DNA of 63,222 nt, counting the filler, from Stramenopiles sp. TOSAG23-6 (Eukaryota): the NCBI GenBank assembly GCA_900128565.1. It is 2 parts of 2 records of this genome, joined end to end, with 100 filler letters (N's around TTAATTAATTAA, not from the genome) between each part and the next. Parts side by side here need not be neighbours in the genome. Positions count along the whole stretch, not along the records: positions 31,841 to 63,222 come from LT635961.1; 1 more part is not named here. The stretch is one strand, 5' to 3'. Under the pieces are notes generated by a model, which did no database searches, was not told the origin of the DNA, and saw only the letters and a list, made by a program, of their open reading frames with translations. This document shows positions 56,801-63,222 of the stretch, piece after piece (positions within the stretch are counted from its first letter, which is position 1; every line of letters begins with the position of its first letter). The position numbers and the translations under genes are program-made.

Positions 56801-57520
56801 TTGTTCACCACAATTCCAACCCCCCATCACATATATCTTATGATTCTTTTCTTGTGTTGTTGGAGTAGCACAATGACCAGATCGTGATTTAGGCATCTTT
56901 CCTTTGCATAGTATCTTCTTCCAGTGCATTTTTTCTAGATTTCTAACATCGAGACAATACAGGTCACTGAGTTCTCGACGAGCAAAACCTGATCCACCAA
57001 ACCCACCAAAAAAGTATATGTACTCTTCCCCAACTGGCGTTGCTGTATGCCCACTTCGAGGGGTTGGTAAATCCTTTTGTGTGTGAAGATATTTAGGGCA
57101 ACTCCATAACTGAGTCACAGAGTCAAATATCCAGCAGTCGTTCAGTCGTTGTTCACCGGAAAGGTTTCCTCCAAAAAGGAAAATGCAGTTGTTACCAAAG
57201 AGAGTTGCAGAGTGTTTCCACCTAGGTTTTGGTTTTGGCATGGGAGGACTAAGCTCTGGATCATCATTACGAAGTTTTGGTATGCCCCATTCAAATGAAG
57301 TTTGGCCAATCTTTAACGTGTACATTTGATTCGTTGGGCCTTCGGAAGTGCAGCCACCAAACATAATGGCTTGATTCCCAAGGACAGTAATGGATGCCCC
57401 CGACCTGGCTTCAGGAAAGTCTCCAAAAACTGAAGGACGTTTCCACTTTAGCAAGGATTTGGGGTCTCCTGGGTTTACTGGTGCTGACATATAGTCCACA
57501 GCACTATTGCTGCTTTCCAT
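44831..57520 (-). CDS. Axonemal outer-arm dynein heavy chain with N-terminal kelch propeller and IPT/filamin domains (Chlamydomonas alpha-HC type)
   Basis: Kelch repeats (PRSGHTAT..YFFGG); P-loops GPSGSGKT, GGVGCGKT, GPSGTGKS, GHGCTGKQ; RGQFPRFYF; RWPLLLDPQLQA; GGWILLQNLHL. Intronless, 4229 aa. Confidence 0.93.
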   Translation of the reverse strand: MESSNSAVDYMSAPVNPGDPKSLLKWKRPSVFGDFPEARSGASITVLGNQAIMFGGCTSEGPTNQMYTLKIGQTSFEWGIPKLRNDDPELSPPMPKPKPRWKHSATLFGNNCIFLFGGNLSGEQRLNDCWIFDSVTQLWSCPKYLHTQKDLPTPRSGHTATPVGEEYIYFFGGFGGSGFARRELSDLYCLDVRNLEKMHWKKILCKGKMPKSRSGHCATPTTQEKNHKIYVMGGWNCGEQFNDLWILDCTSNTWSEVDSNIGIPRWNMSACAVEAIPNWKIFIFGGSCGDLTKSENLLQGMYASDTSVMDTGDFNMFHPATTGEPPQGRSDASVAYDTKGSRLIIFGGWANKWFGDICTLDVGSIVGPPYAVLNIEPSMGPVTGGIKMTIIGVDFANRPPVTVRFATRKHFSDAEGEYIDEETMVCTTPSFEALGAQEVQVRVSLRGDSFTTTYRKFTFFNVTDCDNCVAFGPALINGAAAETQAIFHIQAVDTENEYRRSGGDIFNIVIEDPHGVTLAYDIRDNDDGDYIVIFQAGVAGKYNIEVEFDGTFRGNAGALRGSPFVVDFIRTHDTDTNRMDGQLVTDDLKKTISKLLTFSQSTLEGLKYEVQRGDIPALTDVKEHVMNVTGKQGELQIGVDTCAATISFLSKFELPWLREIVERLDKVQKLWKEAKTQSTKTAVRIAPLVKDASLTIKVDLAEYEATVAEYLDNHRHHEYWKSTTGFQKAQRLIEDARAEHKEQLQLFKKQLRIATVFEFPELLDHSKEMLNIVKNELKWQLQFWEFEESWKTRLRLMGMALWTELDGQGMQTSTEGMLKEIRSLPNEIKFCDAFEVLEKTIVEFTVACPLIKQLTHPAMRPRHWDNLSAKVDKPFTSPYKDKMCPVSQIINIGVHRYIGVIEDVTDRARKEEKIEQALVKMNEVWGDLEFGFKEYIDVESHKLKVCVISEEDFYALESDQMTIQGILASKFAAFFLKKLDQWKKSMEMMVTVIQLIRKTSKLWMFLEPLFQGSEEVQNELPMDAEVFNKLDADMKQVLKGAYMTKIVKQYCCSKSVQKKLEQIEKSLMECKLSLGRFMESKRGQFPRFYFMGELDLMHVLANGGQPPKLLTHIPKLFPTLQTLVLKEEEGVSASNEVGPQYRVIQFTSLVGEETLDLDPTVKMTGKPEAYLNEILLKIRSTLSTSLNLSLKRFGKKKRTEWLMDKKKVSGEKGHQKKSTRNKDSAQIVILVSALMFTTSVEKAFKGLSSGDKNALNSVLRLCHQQLSDMILIVRNKISICDRFRVEAMIVKGAHYRDISHNLVQTNTVSPVSFQWSKQLRYKYSPESGAVVSILDASFNYGFEYVGNGARLVVTNLTNRVYLSMTQSMHSKMGCLSVGPSGSGKTSTTCDIAVAMAKPSFIFNFSPEFDYLSLTEIFKGVAASGTWACFDEFDRLPLNVLSVCSLQYKALLNAMRGDQKTVNIEGSQIRLQSTSAIFLNVNPSYRGRVELPDNLRILLRPITLYKPDSQIIYENLLMSSGFQSAKDLAGKLDIVMQMMKDLLAQERHYAWGLRVASNILMLASSVRRNNENMSENSVVMKSIKSICIPTLKTHDLDIFDRILSDIFPGEEPEESKDLDLENAIANAAMERDLWPEEYLLGRCSDLSDALDSSHTVLLMGGVGCGKTECWKSLARARKLKELNVQVINPKAVTVSELLGSIDNESHEWGEGLLPKALRHLAGIRDEEPKWLIVDGEIDAGWAESLNALMDNSKTLILQSNERIHLKFYMRVIFEVNSLENTSPSTVGRSTIIWISLEEGAQWRSIFASWVQHQNVEQEAKDALANLVSIYVEPTVQYLESSKTLLPFSAVGSANTFLAMFSSMIKPDMLVGDVSAVTNSVEKTFIYCMVWSFGGYSGYQRGNNWDKKFSEFWKKYPDFDRVKFPARETVFDYWLNPGSNVFELWNRSPQFFSVPFDSVTTDISEVVVPVPETCPISFWGQKMISSNRGFLLIGPSGTGKSAILEDMCKKQDKNETMHIRLNCNYYSSTDNLKSPLEHILVKGGENRYAPPGGHDCVYFLDDLSLPQPDQYGTQSIHELLRQHIEYGYWYDTSKLEKKHIENVVYIGSVNPFAGSKSVGVRMQRHFTLLSLPILSGTSLTILFKTFLDAHLRRFNAECQSLSESIVTAAVEVHEAVVQNFRKTPINCHFGWSIRNMSHLFKGMLMSNQKEFGNFEKLIALWLHESDRAYGDMMQTSGDFWQYKSYVLKTAKKSFPQMAFEPFFNQAQTEPLCYFHYAESLDEQVYDSVLTWESLREQLSVAVEKHNKHEPKIDLILFNDAMSHITRITRILLQRQGHVCLIGHGCTGKQSLARIACHMNNMPIHALDSENATGLKERLKEMFVLAGAPDKQQVLLLTEEYLRNDDILLIISDLISTCEIQDLYPQDEKDAIITDVMAKAKTELRVLTIDNEMSWDWFIGKVKKNVKVILCMSPTTPDFSPRAKRFPSLLLCPTIDWFRSWPVSTLQEISQMFLAAPTEEKSIDDQVEGGEEGDDKKDDEPNYIAEFGEDKVKAAKVVEEFIPLVYSSSTEMVETYFENTQRHVYIAPLDYIDMLRRLRHGLKTKSAAVETDTERLKIGIDKLRRTKNDVGEIEDNMEFLEEAAEEKKKEAEDLAVKVSEQKSLVDFASLKCSQEQEICTNVQKDAHAKREMCEGELKKGEPALVRSQIAAETIDKRDLGVCKTLKDPPKGVDDVFAAIMVLFAGVHITDGVDSSGRIRDRSWKMCIKTLLPNINVFIEKLKGYQELLHDMKIPAINMKEVRQYIENEYFDVDLISSRNIAAGILVSWVINIVAYYDVYISTAPLREALAKATENLAEANKNLNNRTVELKDMQLVLNQLNKDFESAEEEKDDAVMKLTVGRTKLKLARRLARSLFDEEDIWLQKQKEIKNYGDYLVGDVTLASAFVSFVGPFDTKHRWTLLSQTWLPFLRNSQINISLNTVVNPAYALLSDEYEDKLISETLSNDRSSIENAIIARKSKRWPLLLDPQLQAVHWIKSRYESTKNTNASTGDEQPSSNILYLRIGMKAFVQILSGALEEGQIVLLEGVKEEFPPILMNLIKQRIHERGNTNYVVLGGSEFEMHGSFRLYMATRLSNPKFSDSILGACTFVDFTVNQECLEEQLLAVVIRKQRPDIAERFANNTIQRSTSKIQLAGLQSLILQKLADAEVDVCQDQEIVDILERAKIAAKSAKQKLSIVESTATQLEEIIEKYRPVAERGANIFMLLSDLHKINPNYVFSLNSFVITFARALDKSSSGNNSGGSRSLDKKKRVAGSELESTLRYIWGVDLLRAARLPTPQNVRNVFMPNATPGMLDDDEIEEQNIVMQDKVTSFVFNDVKRSIYNHDHTTLALLFFCKVMAISRKIHPKKLEHLLHSPSNPNPSEMGQISGWLSTEAWAKVCALNEFSEYRYISSHMQADSEEWFDWYFSAEPENEVIPGGEPYENLDYFDRILLIQTLRPDRAKHMILACIESNLGPEYVKHTSFSMKKLYEKSRSCNPILFVLVPGQDPTAWVEAMSSQLDFTPSNGKFVVIALGGNNQDFMETEIRRLGKEGGWILLQNLHLVPETFLRLEEILESVTSQAHEDFRVLLSISTNESNTNTTPASVIEIGRILPESLLRECVQVCNDEPNELPHIMRSAWSVIPPERILEAEKPTEFKALSFALCSLHAILVGRKRYGSVGWSNNYRFNKRDLGTCINIMERYLDKQISIPWEELRYIFAELVYGGHMSNFWDLRITRNYLDKMFVAELFEQCDILPDFPSLDNASAEYEDYLEHITDNLPSVTNSSSFGIHENSGRNLLVDELGYICKNGMHIFGSEIIMQPHSKLIEKLQFDQNEAQTAGALSSTSDGNSNNVADNDGAPKRKPPVEEKISKSLQLLKDREKYVKEKIDVLIAKMPREFNMNDVNIAAEPVLMDDVNAPYARFAIQECLQMNIFLGKLKKSLDEIALALDNKINMTDELVEIIKTIFSKKVPYQWIQLSWKWKQSLTDWWDNVLARVDQLNVWVSEMERPVSIWLGGLFAPKKYLSAILQSAAKEQNHPIEAFTLETKVTVYSNTENINEHPDMGGSYAHDMYLIGASWEKPTSSDIESIGNSQYGGCLDDSITNTKFFRLPIMLIRPIRINPKWKRIEAGYLRNNDDIFECPVYLSNERVSEFQFIATMNTMDKHSKWIDNGTAILLTIDKAGEKEKD

Positions 57521-57711
57521 ATTGTTTTATGATGATGGCGAAATCTCCAAGGAATTAGATCTTAAAGGGATATATCATATATATAAAACTTCAACGGACG
57601 GAAGGTGTAACTGTAAAAGATGACACACTTCAAACTTTGGTCAAAAGCTACTAGCTACTATATATAAGATACTATAGGTATGCTTATGGAAGCAAAATTA
57701 TTGTGAAAACA

Positions 57712-60700
57712 ATGAAGTCATCTTTGGAATGTGATCAAATTTCTAAAGAATGTTCCCACTTTTTAGCGAGCATTCTGATACAAGAACAAATAGAAATTCC
57801 AGATAGCGACACAACATATAGTCCTCATCACACCACAGCATTTATCAGAAAGGAGGAATATCCTTGTTTCCAGTGCGAGCAGCCTATTTTAGGTATAGTA
57901 GTTCAGTGTAAAGGTATAAGATGCCCGGCGCATTATTGTAGCAATAAGTGTCTACGTTCACATTGGCCTTTTCATCGCAACAGTTGTGGGACAAATGATG
58001 TTCCCTTACCTACCCCAATAAAAAATATGGAGACTCCAGAAGATTCTTCCTCAGAGACGTTGAGCGAAGAAATAAAGAGGCATCTTCCTTTCGTCAGAAA
58101 AAGCGAAGAAATGATAAAAGAACCAAAAATGTTGGAAGTAGCATTAACAGCTAAATATATTACTCGTTTGAAATCGAAAGTATTGCTACGAATTCAAGAA
58201 ATAAGAAAGAAAAAATTAATGCTAGATAGTCCTTTACCCCCTGTTTTGCCCTTTGTGGATGAACCTATTTTTGGCAAAATACATAACTCTAGAACAGTAA
58301 TTGAGCACCTTAAAGCGGATGTTCCACCAATGCAAAGCGATACACCGGAAAGGACAAGAGCGGAAACTAACATTTTGTGGAAAGAAAAAGTAGCTGGGCC
58401 AAAGTCTGACTTTTATGCTCGTGCCAATCAAAACATAAAAGGTGGAAGAATAGTTACTTCGAACACTCCATTCCTAACACCACAAGGCGATCGTATTTTT
58501 CCCGGAGGTGACGGTCTTGGTATTGAAAAGCCGTGTAGATGGGGTAAAAAGAAAAGAAGGAAACGCACAGAACGAGGAATTGGTCGTGTTTCTCCACGTA
58601 AAAACAATAGTAAATTTGCGTCACTACTTAAAGGTAAAAAAAAAATGCAATTTAGGTCATTTGATAATTTGAATTCACCTCAAAGTTCATCATCATCTAC
58701 TTCTCTGTCAAATAGTCCAGATATAACCAGGTTACCGAAAGGGAGGAAACATGCTAAATTTAATTTTGCTACCATAACTGCAGCTACTATAGATAAAGAA
58801 GAAGCAGCAGCGACAGCAGCTATTCTTCGACCAATCACAGTGCGAACAGCGTATATAAAGAAATGTGAGGCATTGCAAGTATTGCCACAACCAGTCATGT
58901 TTGATCGTTCAAGTAGTAGTTTAGTATTAAAAAATTATGGACTTGGGGAACGGCATATAGCGGCAGTATCAAATTCGATAGCTTTATGTACATTAAAAAA
59001 CATAAATTTAGAAGGAAATAGAATTTCTGACAGCAGCGCCAAGCGATTATTTCAGCAGTTACATCTGGATACTTTAAGTTTAAATTTATCAAACAATATG
59101 CTTCAGTCACCAGTTGGGTTAGCCTCAATGTTGCGCATGTGTAAACATATTGTAACGCTTAATCTAAGTCGAAATAAATTGCACAAAGACACCATCGCAA
59201 AAATTTGTAAAAGTCTTTTCAATCATCCCTCAATCCGCGAGCTTGATCTTAGTTACAATACAGTTGGCGCTATCGGCGCTGAATATATAGGAACTCTTTT
59301 ACAACGTTCCAAGTCCTTACAGGAGCTAAACCTGAGATGGTGTGGTCTAGCGGGTCTAATTGATCAAGGTGTCGTATCCCTCTTTCATGCATTAGCGACG
59401 AATAAAACACTAACTTCACTTGACCTTTCATATAATACATTGGGCGCAGATCCAATGACTGCGGGTCTTTCACGTTGTGGGAATCAATTTTCTGTCGTTG
59501 GTGGCCCCCGTGCATGTATTGGACAATTAGCAACATCGTTGAAACGCAATACAACTCTCACTCATTTAGATATTTCGTTTAATATCTTAGACGAAGAAGA
59601 CTTAAAAAATATTTCTGACGCCATTCAAGGAAACAAAAAATTACTTGCGCTTCATATTGCAGGAAATCCAAAGATGGAACTTTCAAAAAATGGCATAGTC
59701 CTTAGCAGTAAATGTTTTGGCAAGAATAAAAAAAGGAAAAGACTATTTCCAAAACAGGGGGGATCCAAAAACGAGGGAACTTTTACTCGAATTAAAGGAT
59801 ATGAGCACTATAAGGGAACATACCACGAACAATGGCGAGCAGCACCACATGGCTGTTGCTGGATTTGTGATAAGTGGATTGAGCGGAAGTTTTCGTGGAC
59901 TCCAGGATATAGTGGACGAAGACAAGTAAAGAGTCGACAAATGGTAGCTCTAGAAACTGGAGATATATCAGATTTATCTTCGACTGTGTGTCCTTCATCA
60001 GCCTACAATAGTCCCATTGGTTCACGAAAGACTCCTAGATTAACAACGAGAAAAAAAGTTCGGGGACGATACGTATCACGCAAGGAACACGAGGAGAAGG
60101 AAAAAGAATTAAAAGCGAAAAATAAGGTGGATCGTGAAGCTTTTACTGAGCATGTGAGGATTCATTTAAGTTTCAATGCTACAAATGAAAATTGGGGCAA
60201 GGGAGAGAAACTTACCGAGGAAAACTCAGAAGAAAGTGAAGATGCAGACGATATGATGACACAAAACAAGTATGTAATTTACAGATTTTGTCCACCAGGC
60301 TTGATTGGCTATATTTTTACATTGGAAACTTTAAATATTACTGTTGCTGCTCGCGATCAGCCTCAAGCTACTTGGACTGAAAAGGAACATGCTCATTTGT
60401 CTAATGATTTTCTAGTGCCACCACATGTGCCAAATGGGTCTGTGAATATGATTCGTGTACCGCGTAGTAAAGTCCTTGTTCTTCCCGATGTAAAAGATAA
60501 GGTCAAATGGAGTATCCCTACATCTATTTTCGGTTCTTTCTTTTCTGGTTCCGCAAAGTTTACATCAGCAGCCCTCAACAAAGACATACAACAATCAAAG
60601 CTCAGTAATATCTTTCGAAGAAAACCAGATGAGTTTCAAAAAGTACAAAAAATTTTATTGGGGTGCCACAAAGATTTATCTGCCGCATTCAAGTATTACT

Positions 60701-61701
60701 GTGTAGAAAGCGATAACAGCATCAGCCCATTTCATATGAACTGGTTAGCATACACAGCGTTTGTACAGGATTTAACAATATTGGAACATGATTTGAGGCT
60801 CTCGGATATAGANACAATATTCATAGCAACAAATGTACATAAGCAAGTCGATAAAAAAACAGAAGATTTCACTGACTTATCATCATATTTGAAAAAGGAA
60901 AAAAACGTTTCACCCAGTGCATTAAAGAAACTTCAAAATCGTAACCCCGATAGAGCATTAACACGCTTTGAATTTATGGAAGCTATCGTGAGGCTTTCAT
61001 TGGCAAAGTATCGAAGTTTAGGGATTTCGGCGAGTGATGCACTTGAGCTTTTTATTCATGACCATTTCCTGACCCATGCAAAATTTCACAAAGGAAATTC
61101 TTGGAGAGCGGAAAGACTATTCAATTCCAGCTGTGACCACGAGTTTAGACGCGTCGAGTCTCAATTAAAAGATGTATTTTGTGCATGTGCATTCAAAGAT
61201 TCAAAAAGTCCGAAAGAAACCATAACAATGGAAACATTTAAATACATATTCGCAGAAAAAATGACCATTAGTATTTCTGATCAGAATTGTCGATTTGCGT
61301 ATATTTGGTCAATGCAGAGAGTAGAAGATGAAATGGTGACAGATAAACACCATTATATGACTTTTGTAGAGTTCATTCATAGTATTGGTTTGATTGCTGA
61401 GTTACGCCAAGAAAAAGAAGATATAATACATCGATATATGAATCCTCGCAGTGACGATTGGGCAGGAGTAGTCGACTCTAACTTCTTATCACCCCTTGCG
61501 CCTCTGTTGAGGCCAATACTGGACCAAATTATTGAAAGTACACTTGATATAGTTGAAGAATATCATGATGCTATGGCCGCTTTGGCTTTAGCAAAATCAA
61601 AGACTTCAGCTGCAAAGGGACTGAGTGCTAAGCGTAATTTCAGAAAAGTAAGAAAAGGTAGATATCCACCTCAAAAGGGCCCTCAACGGCGGCATCACTA
61701 A
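57712..61701 (+). CDS. MYND-like zinc finger + RNI-like LRR protein with C-terminal EF-hand-like region
   Basis: CFQC..QCKGIRCPAHYCSNKCLRSHWPFHRNSC; LRRs LTSLDLSYN and LTHLDISFN; RALTRFEFMEAIVRL. Confidence 0.78.
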   Translation: MKSSLECDQISKECSHFLASILIQEQIEIPDSDTTYSPHHTTAFIRKEEYPCFQCEQPILGIVVQCKGIRCPAHYCSNKCLRSHWPFHRNSCGTNDVPLPTPIKNMETPEDSSSETLSEEIKRHLPFVRKSEEMIKEPKMLEVALTAKYITRLKSKVLLRIQEIRKKKLMLDSPLPPVLPFVDEPIFGKIHNSRTVIEHLKADVPPMQSDTPERTRAETNILWKEKVAGPKSDFYARANQNIKGGRIVTSNTPFLTPQGDRIFPGGDGLGIEKPCRWGKKKRRKRTERGIGRVSPRKNNSKFASLLKGKKKMQFRSFDNLNSPQSSSSSTSLSNSPDITRLPKGRKHAKFNFATITAATIDKEEAAATAAILRPITVRTAYIKKCEALQVLPQPVMFDRSSSSLVLKNYGLGERHIAAVSNSIALCTLKNINLEGNRISDSSAKRLFQQLHLDTLSLNLSNNMLQSPVGLASMLRMCKHIVTLNLSRNKLHKDTIAKICKSLFNHPSIRELDLSYNTVGAIGAEYIGTLLQRSKSLQELNLRWCGLAGLIDQGVVSLFHALATNKTLTSLDLSYNTLGADPMTAGLSRCGNQFSVVGGPRACIGQLATSLKRNTTLTHLDISFNILDEEDLKNISDAIQGNKKLLALHIAGNPKMELSKNGIVLSSKCFGKNKKRKRLFPKQGGSKNEGTFTRIKGYEHYKGTYHEQWRAAPHGCCWICDKWIERKFSWTPGYSGRRQVKSRQMVALETGDISDLSSTVCPSSAYNSPIGSRKTPRLTTRKKVRGRYVSRKEHEEKEKELKAKNKVDREAFTEHVRIHLSFNATNENWGKGEKLTEENSEESEDADDMMTQNKYVIYRFCPPGLIGYIFTLETLNITVAARDQPQATWTEKEHAHLSNDFLVPPHVPNGSVNMIRVPRSKVLVLPDVKDKVKWSIPTSIFGSFFSGSAKFTSAALNKDIQQSKLSNIFRRKPDEFQKVQKILLGCHKDLSAAFKYYCVESDNSISPFHMNWLAYTAFVQDLTILEHDLRLSDIXTIFIATNVHKQVDKKTEDFTDLSSYLKKEKNVSPSALKKLQNRNPDRALTRFEFMEAIVRLSLAKYRSLGISASDALELFIHDHFLTHAKFHKGNSWRAERLFNSSCDHEFRRVESQLKDVFCACAFKDSKSPKETITMETFKYIFAEKMTISISDQNCRFAYIWSMQRVEDEMVTDKHHYMTFVEFIHSIGLIAELRQEKEDIIHRYMNPRSDDWAGVVDSNFLSPLAPLLRPILDQIIESTLDIVEEYHDAMAALALAKSKTSAAKGLSAKRNFRKVRKGRYPPQKGPQRRHH

Positions 61702-62128
61702 TATGAGGGCCAAACAAAATGAAAATAATATAGTATTGGAAGCTTACAGTATGGTACAGAATATCTATTTTTATAAATTAATATACCACAGTAGATATAT
61801 TTCGTGTTTGGTTTACATTTGCATAATACTACTACGGTTTTTTTATAGCGAGATAAATCCGTTAGTTTACGCGCGCCAAAATAGAGGAGCATGATGCATG
61901 TCAAAAGCGACATCAAAAATATTTGTATTTTTCTCATTCTCGTCTGTTCTTCGTTGTCCACTCCACTATTGCTCCTAGCTAGTGCTGGCACCAGCACCAC
62001 GTCAATTCAGTAGAAGTTGGATTTTGTATGGCTAGTGTTGGTCATATTTAATAGACATTAGTATAACCTTTTTGTGAATTGTGTGAGGCTTGAAATAATA
62101 GATAAAAAAATCTAGAAAATACTCGACC

Positions 62129-63222
62129 ATGTCGGGGCGTCTCCATGGTGCTTCCTTTATGGGACGTGACGAAGACGAAAAGAAGTTTGCTGACCAGCAG
62201 AGTCGTCAGCGTTGCCCTGTTTGTCGCGAAAAACCACCATCTATTGCTTTAGCCCCATTTTGCAGCACAGTATGCCAAAAATTTGGTCTCGCACTTAAAG
62301 CAAAGGGAATGTATAGAACTGCTGACGGGACTCTCGCTGAGCGACCTTTGCTTTCAGGAGATAAGGGTTCAAGTCTTCGAAAATTGCGTATAAGTACACA
62401 GCCAAGAATATCAAGTTGTATTAGTACTGTAATTCCATCACATGTTGGCCCAACAACCCTAGTCAAGGGTTCTTTATCTGCATCACAGCCTTTATCTTGC
62501 ATTTTTAGAGAAGACGCTACTTCNCCATTGTGTGGAAAAGTGATCCAAGATGGCATTGCTGCAAGACGTAAAAGTCAGTTATTGTTGATCGCTCATGAAG
62601 CTAGTATGACAGTAGCAAAGAAAGGAAACCTACGGGTATCTCCGAGCTCTATATTGAATAAATCCCCATCAATATCAGCAGTGAACTCTTCTCGGAGTTT
62701 TGGATTATCACCTTCGCCAAAGCAAGCAAATATTATTAATAGGCAAATTTCATTTATAGAAAGTGTCGACAAACTGTCAGATAAACAACTTGATCCTTTC
62801 GAATCACTCAAAGCAGTTGGACCTGGAAATACAACAATTATTGAGCGTACCAGAGCGTTAGCAAAGAATTGTGCATTAAATAAGCTAAATTATCGAACTA
62901 TTAAATCTATTCTACAGCATGAGTTTGGTGAATATAAGACGAAACGCCAGCAGACTCAAATTATGCAGATTGTAAATGACATTACAATGCATAGACAATC
63001 TTCTCAAATGGTTCAAGAAATGAGACTCTCCCTAATACAGCGTGATAAACAAGTCAGAGAATTGAGATCACAAGTTGATCAGCTTCAGCAAGCTTTAGAA
63101 AGAGGAGGCTATGCTGAAGATGTTTTGGTAAGTAATCTTACGTGTCGAGAGGAAGATAAAACACTTAAAGCTGCATCTCCCCCACTAAATACGCTGCCTA
63201 AATATGCAAAATTTGTAAAGAT
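62129..63222 (+). CDS. Unknown protein, 3' truncated (N-terminal CxxC..CxxxC, later coiled coil)
   Basis: The ATG at 62129 starts MSGRLHGASF..CPVCREKPPSIALAPFCSTVC; the frame appears open to the window end, so it is absent from the ORF track. Confidence 0.7.
   Translation, partial: MSGRLHGASFMGRDEDEKKFADQQSRQRCPVCREKPPSIALAPFCSTVCQKFGLALKAKGMYRTADGTLAERPLLSGDKGSSLRKLRISTQPRISSCISTVIPSHVGPTTLVKGSLSASQPLSCIFREDATXPLCGKVIQDGIAARRKSQLLLIAHEASMTVAKKGNLRVSPSSILNKSPSISAVNSSRSFGLSPSPKQANIINRQISFIESVDKLSDKQLDPFESLKAVGPGNTTIIERTRALAKNCALNKLNYRTIKSILQHEFGEYKTKRQQTQIMQIVNDITMHRQSSQMVQEMRLSLIQRDKQVRELRSQVDQLQQALERGGYAEDVLVSNLTCREEDKTLKAASPPLNTLPKYAKFVK

Overview
Gene-dense, AT-rich nuclear DNA of a flagellated eukaryote (protist) using the standard genetic code. 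It consists of two contigs (1-31740 and 31841-63222) joined by an artificial N/TTAATTAATTAA linker; an inverted chimera at the end of contig 1 suggests a whole-genome-amplified (single-cell) assembly. There are about 23 protein genes: Cys-rich GPI-type surface protein, LRR, Tubby, SelW selenoprotein with SECIS, MLLE/ankyrin-containing eIF4G, NAD kinase, CEPT, SAM-MAP2K, ankyrin, Arp10, JMJD7, DEAD-box helicase, Furry-like PH/SH3 protein, PITP, two-pore channel, WW/porin-like protein, coronin, EF-hand, kelch-type outer-arm dynein heavy chain, MYND/LRR and others. The main discovery is a family of related 86-147 nt introns (8 complete, 1 partial), all in the sense orientation. Their shared layout is NN|RTAYGTTTT...GTACGAAATTTTGTACCTAAC...TTTTCACAATAC-NN|. 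Removing the element plus one NN restores the reading frame, and conserved motifs where homology can be judged. The final dinucleotide usually copies the last two exon bases, like a 2-bp target-site duplication, instead of being AG. This gives GT-AT, GT-TT and AT-AT introns: an introner-like system with apparently AG-independent acceptors. A MITE-like inverted-repeat structure at 1926-2380 carries the same core motif. All splice junctions are inferred from frame and protein motifs, not from RNA data.
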